Source: Leucoraja ocellata (taxonomy: Eukaryota). Taken from it: a stretch of 64,000 nt of DNA. The notes under the pieces were generated by a model, which saw nothing but the letters and a program-made list of their open reading frames with translations, was not told where the DNA came from and searched no databases. The stretch lies in assembly GCA_036785375.1 (NCBI GenBank), contig JAWMAR010000152.1:1922001-1986000 (forward strand). Direction: 5' to 3'. Below, in pieces: positions 63,061 through 64,000 of this stretch (its first letter is position 1; every line of letters begins with the position of its first letter). Made by a program: the position numbers and the translations under genes.

Positions 63061-64000
63061 TTCTGTCAATAATTCTTATTGCTCTGCTCTCCGATTCTTG
63101 TTCCTTTAACCAATGGGAACAAGCTCTCTCTATTTACAGTAAATAGTTTAAAACTGCTTTATCTACACTCAATTATATAGGCTTTGCTGGGGAACAGTTA
63201 GGCTGTGCCACATGCAAGACATCACCTTGCATCCCAGTCAGTTCTTTTGCACCTCTTCAATCTACTACAGGCTATCAAATCCATTAATTACACTTTGGTA
63301 AAAATTAGTTTGCACAACTGAAGTCTTAACCTCAATTTAAACGCACATTTATGTACTTGTCAACCCCATCTCACCAGATTCATAGTCGATAAGTGGCCCC
63401 CAAAGAGAAACTGTACATTTTCTCTCTCCTCAATCACTTCCTGATTCACTAGTAGCATATTATTACAGAAAATTTGCTCACGTTGTTTAACATAATTGTT
63501 CTTTCAGAAACAGAAAGGCTTTACCTTTTGAAGACAAGAAAATTCAGGGGAAGTCTTTTTGCTTTTTGTTTTTCTTGGCTTGGCAGCTAGTTACTTGTTC
63601 TCCAATCTGCTCATTGTTCCCACACATATGCCAATAGCCAAGTTTGATGCAAACATAGAACAAAGGGAATAGTTCATATGAGCAAAGGTACTGGCACATG
63701 CTTATTAATTTTCCAACCAGATCTTTCATCCACTGTAATTTTGTGAAAAGACAAATTTGATTACAACACTAGATAACCACGTTAAACAAAAATTAAAATC
63801 CACATCTTGGGTGTTATTTTACCAGAATTATTTTTTTCGGGTAAGCATTTGCTTAGACGCAATGCTTCAACTAATGCTTGAATGTCTTGTGAAACCTTGT
63901 GCAAGGAGAATGAGACACTCATTTGCAATTTCTGCAATAGTGCAGGTTATCAAACTATGGAAAAAATTGTTTTAAAATGCAGCAAAGCTATTCTGATGCA

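Noticed and set aside
63525-63729. Possible upstream MCRS1 exon or 61-aa ORF (donor-like AAG|gtaaag at 63525)
   Set aside because: No clear acceptor, CpG island or homology; the true first exon probably lies beyond the window.
1-64000. Prokaryotic-type systems (CRISPR arrays, operons, defence islands)
   Set aside because: The window is intron-rich vertebrate DNA; repeats are dispersed, with no regularly spaced repeat-spacer array.

Overview
Eukaryotic (vertebrate) genomic DNA, most likely from a cartilaginous fish (skate/ray-like), inferred from HE1-type V-SINEs, HER1/CR1-type LINEs and Penelope-type terminal repeats. Two convergent spliced genes are present. On the + strand are the last seven coding exons of SPATS2 (about 1300-30765, 3' UTR to about 32.9 kb). 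On the - strand is the apparently complete MCRS1 coding sequence (14 exons, 62436 down to 44150, 1440 nt = 479 aa + stop). I assembled exons by hand from GT-AG boundaries and reading-frame phase, using the human proteins as remembered; no database search was run. Introns and the ~11 kb intergenic gap are full of truncated retroelements. Most ORFs in the supplied track are spurious or repeat-derived. Most interesting observations: fold-back Penelope-derived insertions with TSDs and a degenerate minimal hammerhead-ribozyme motif; an 863-bp TIR element with a 7-bp TSD; a Rex1/Babar LINE with a 5' inversion breaking at a palindrome; an MCRS1 N-terminal extension preceded by an in-frame uORF; no visible KCNH3 between the genes; and an orphan CpG-rich promoter-like patch with candidate antisense exons. 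Repeat boundaries are approximate.
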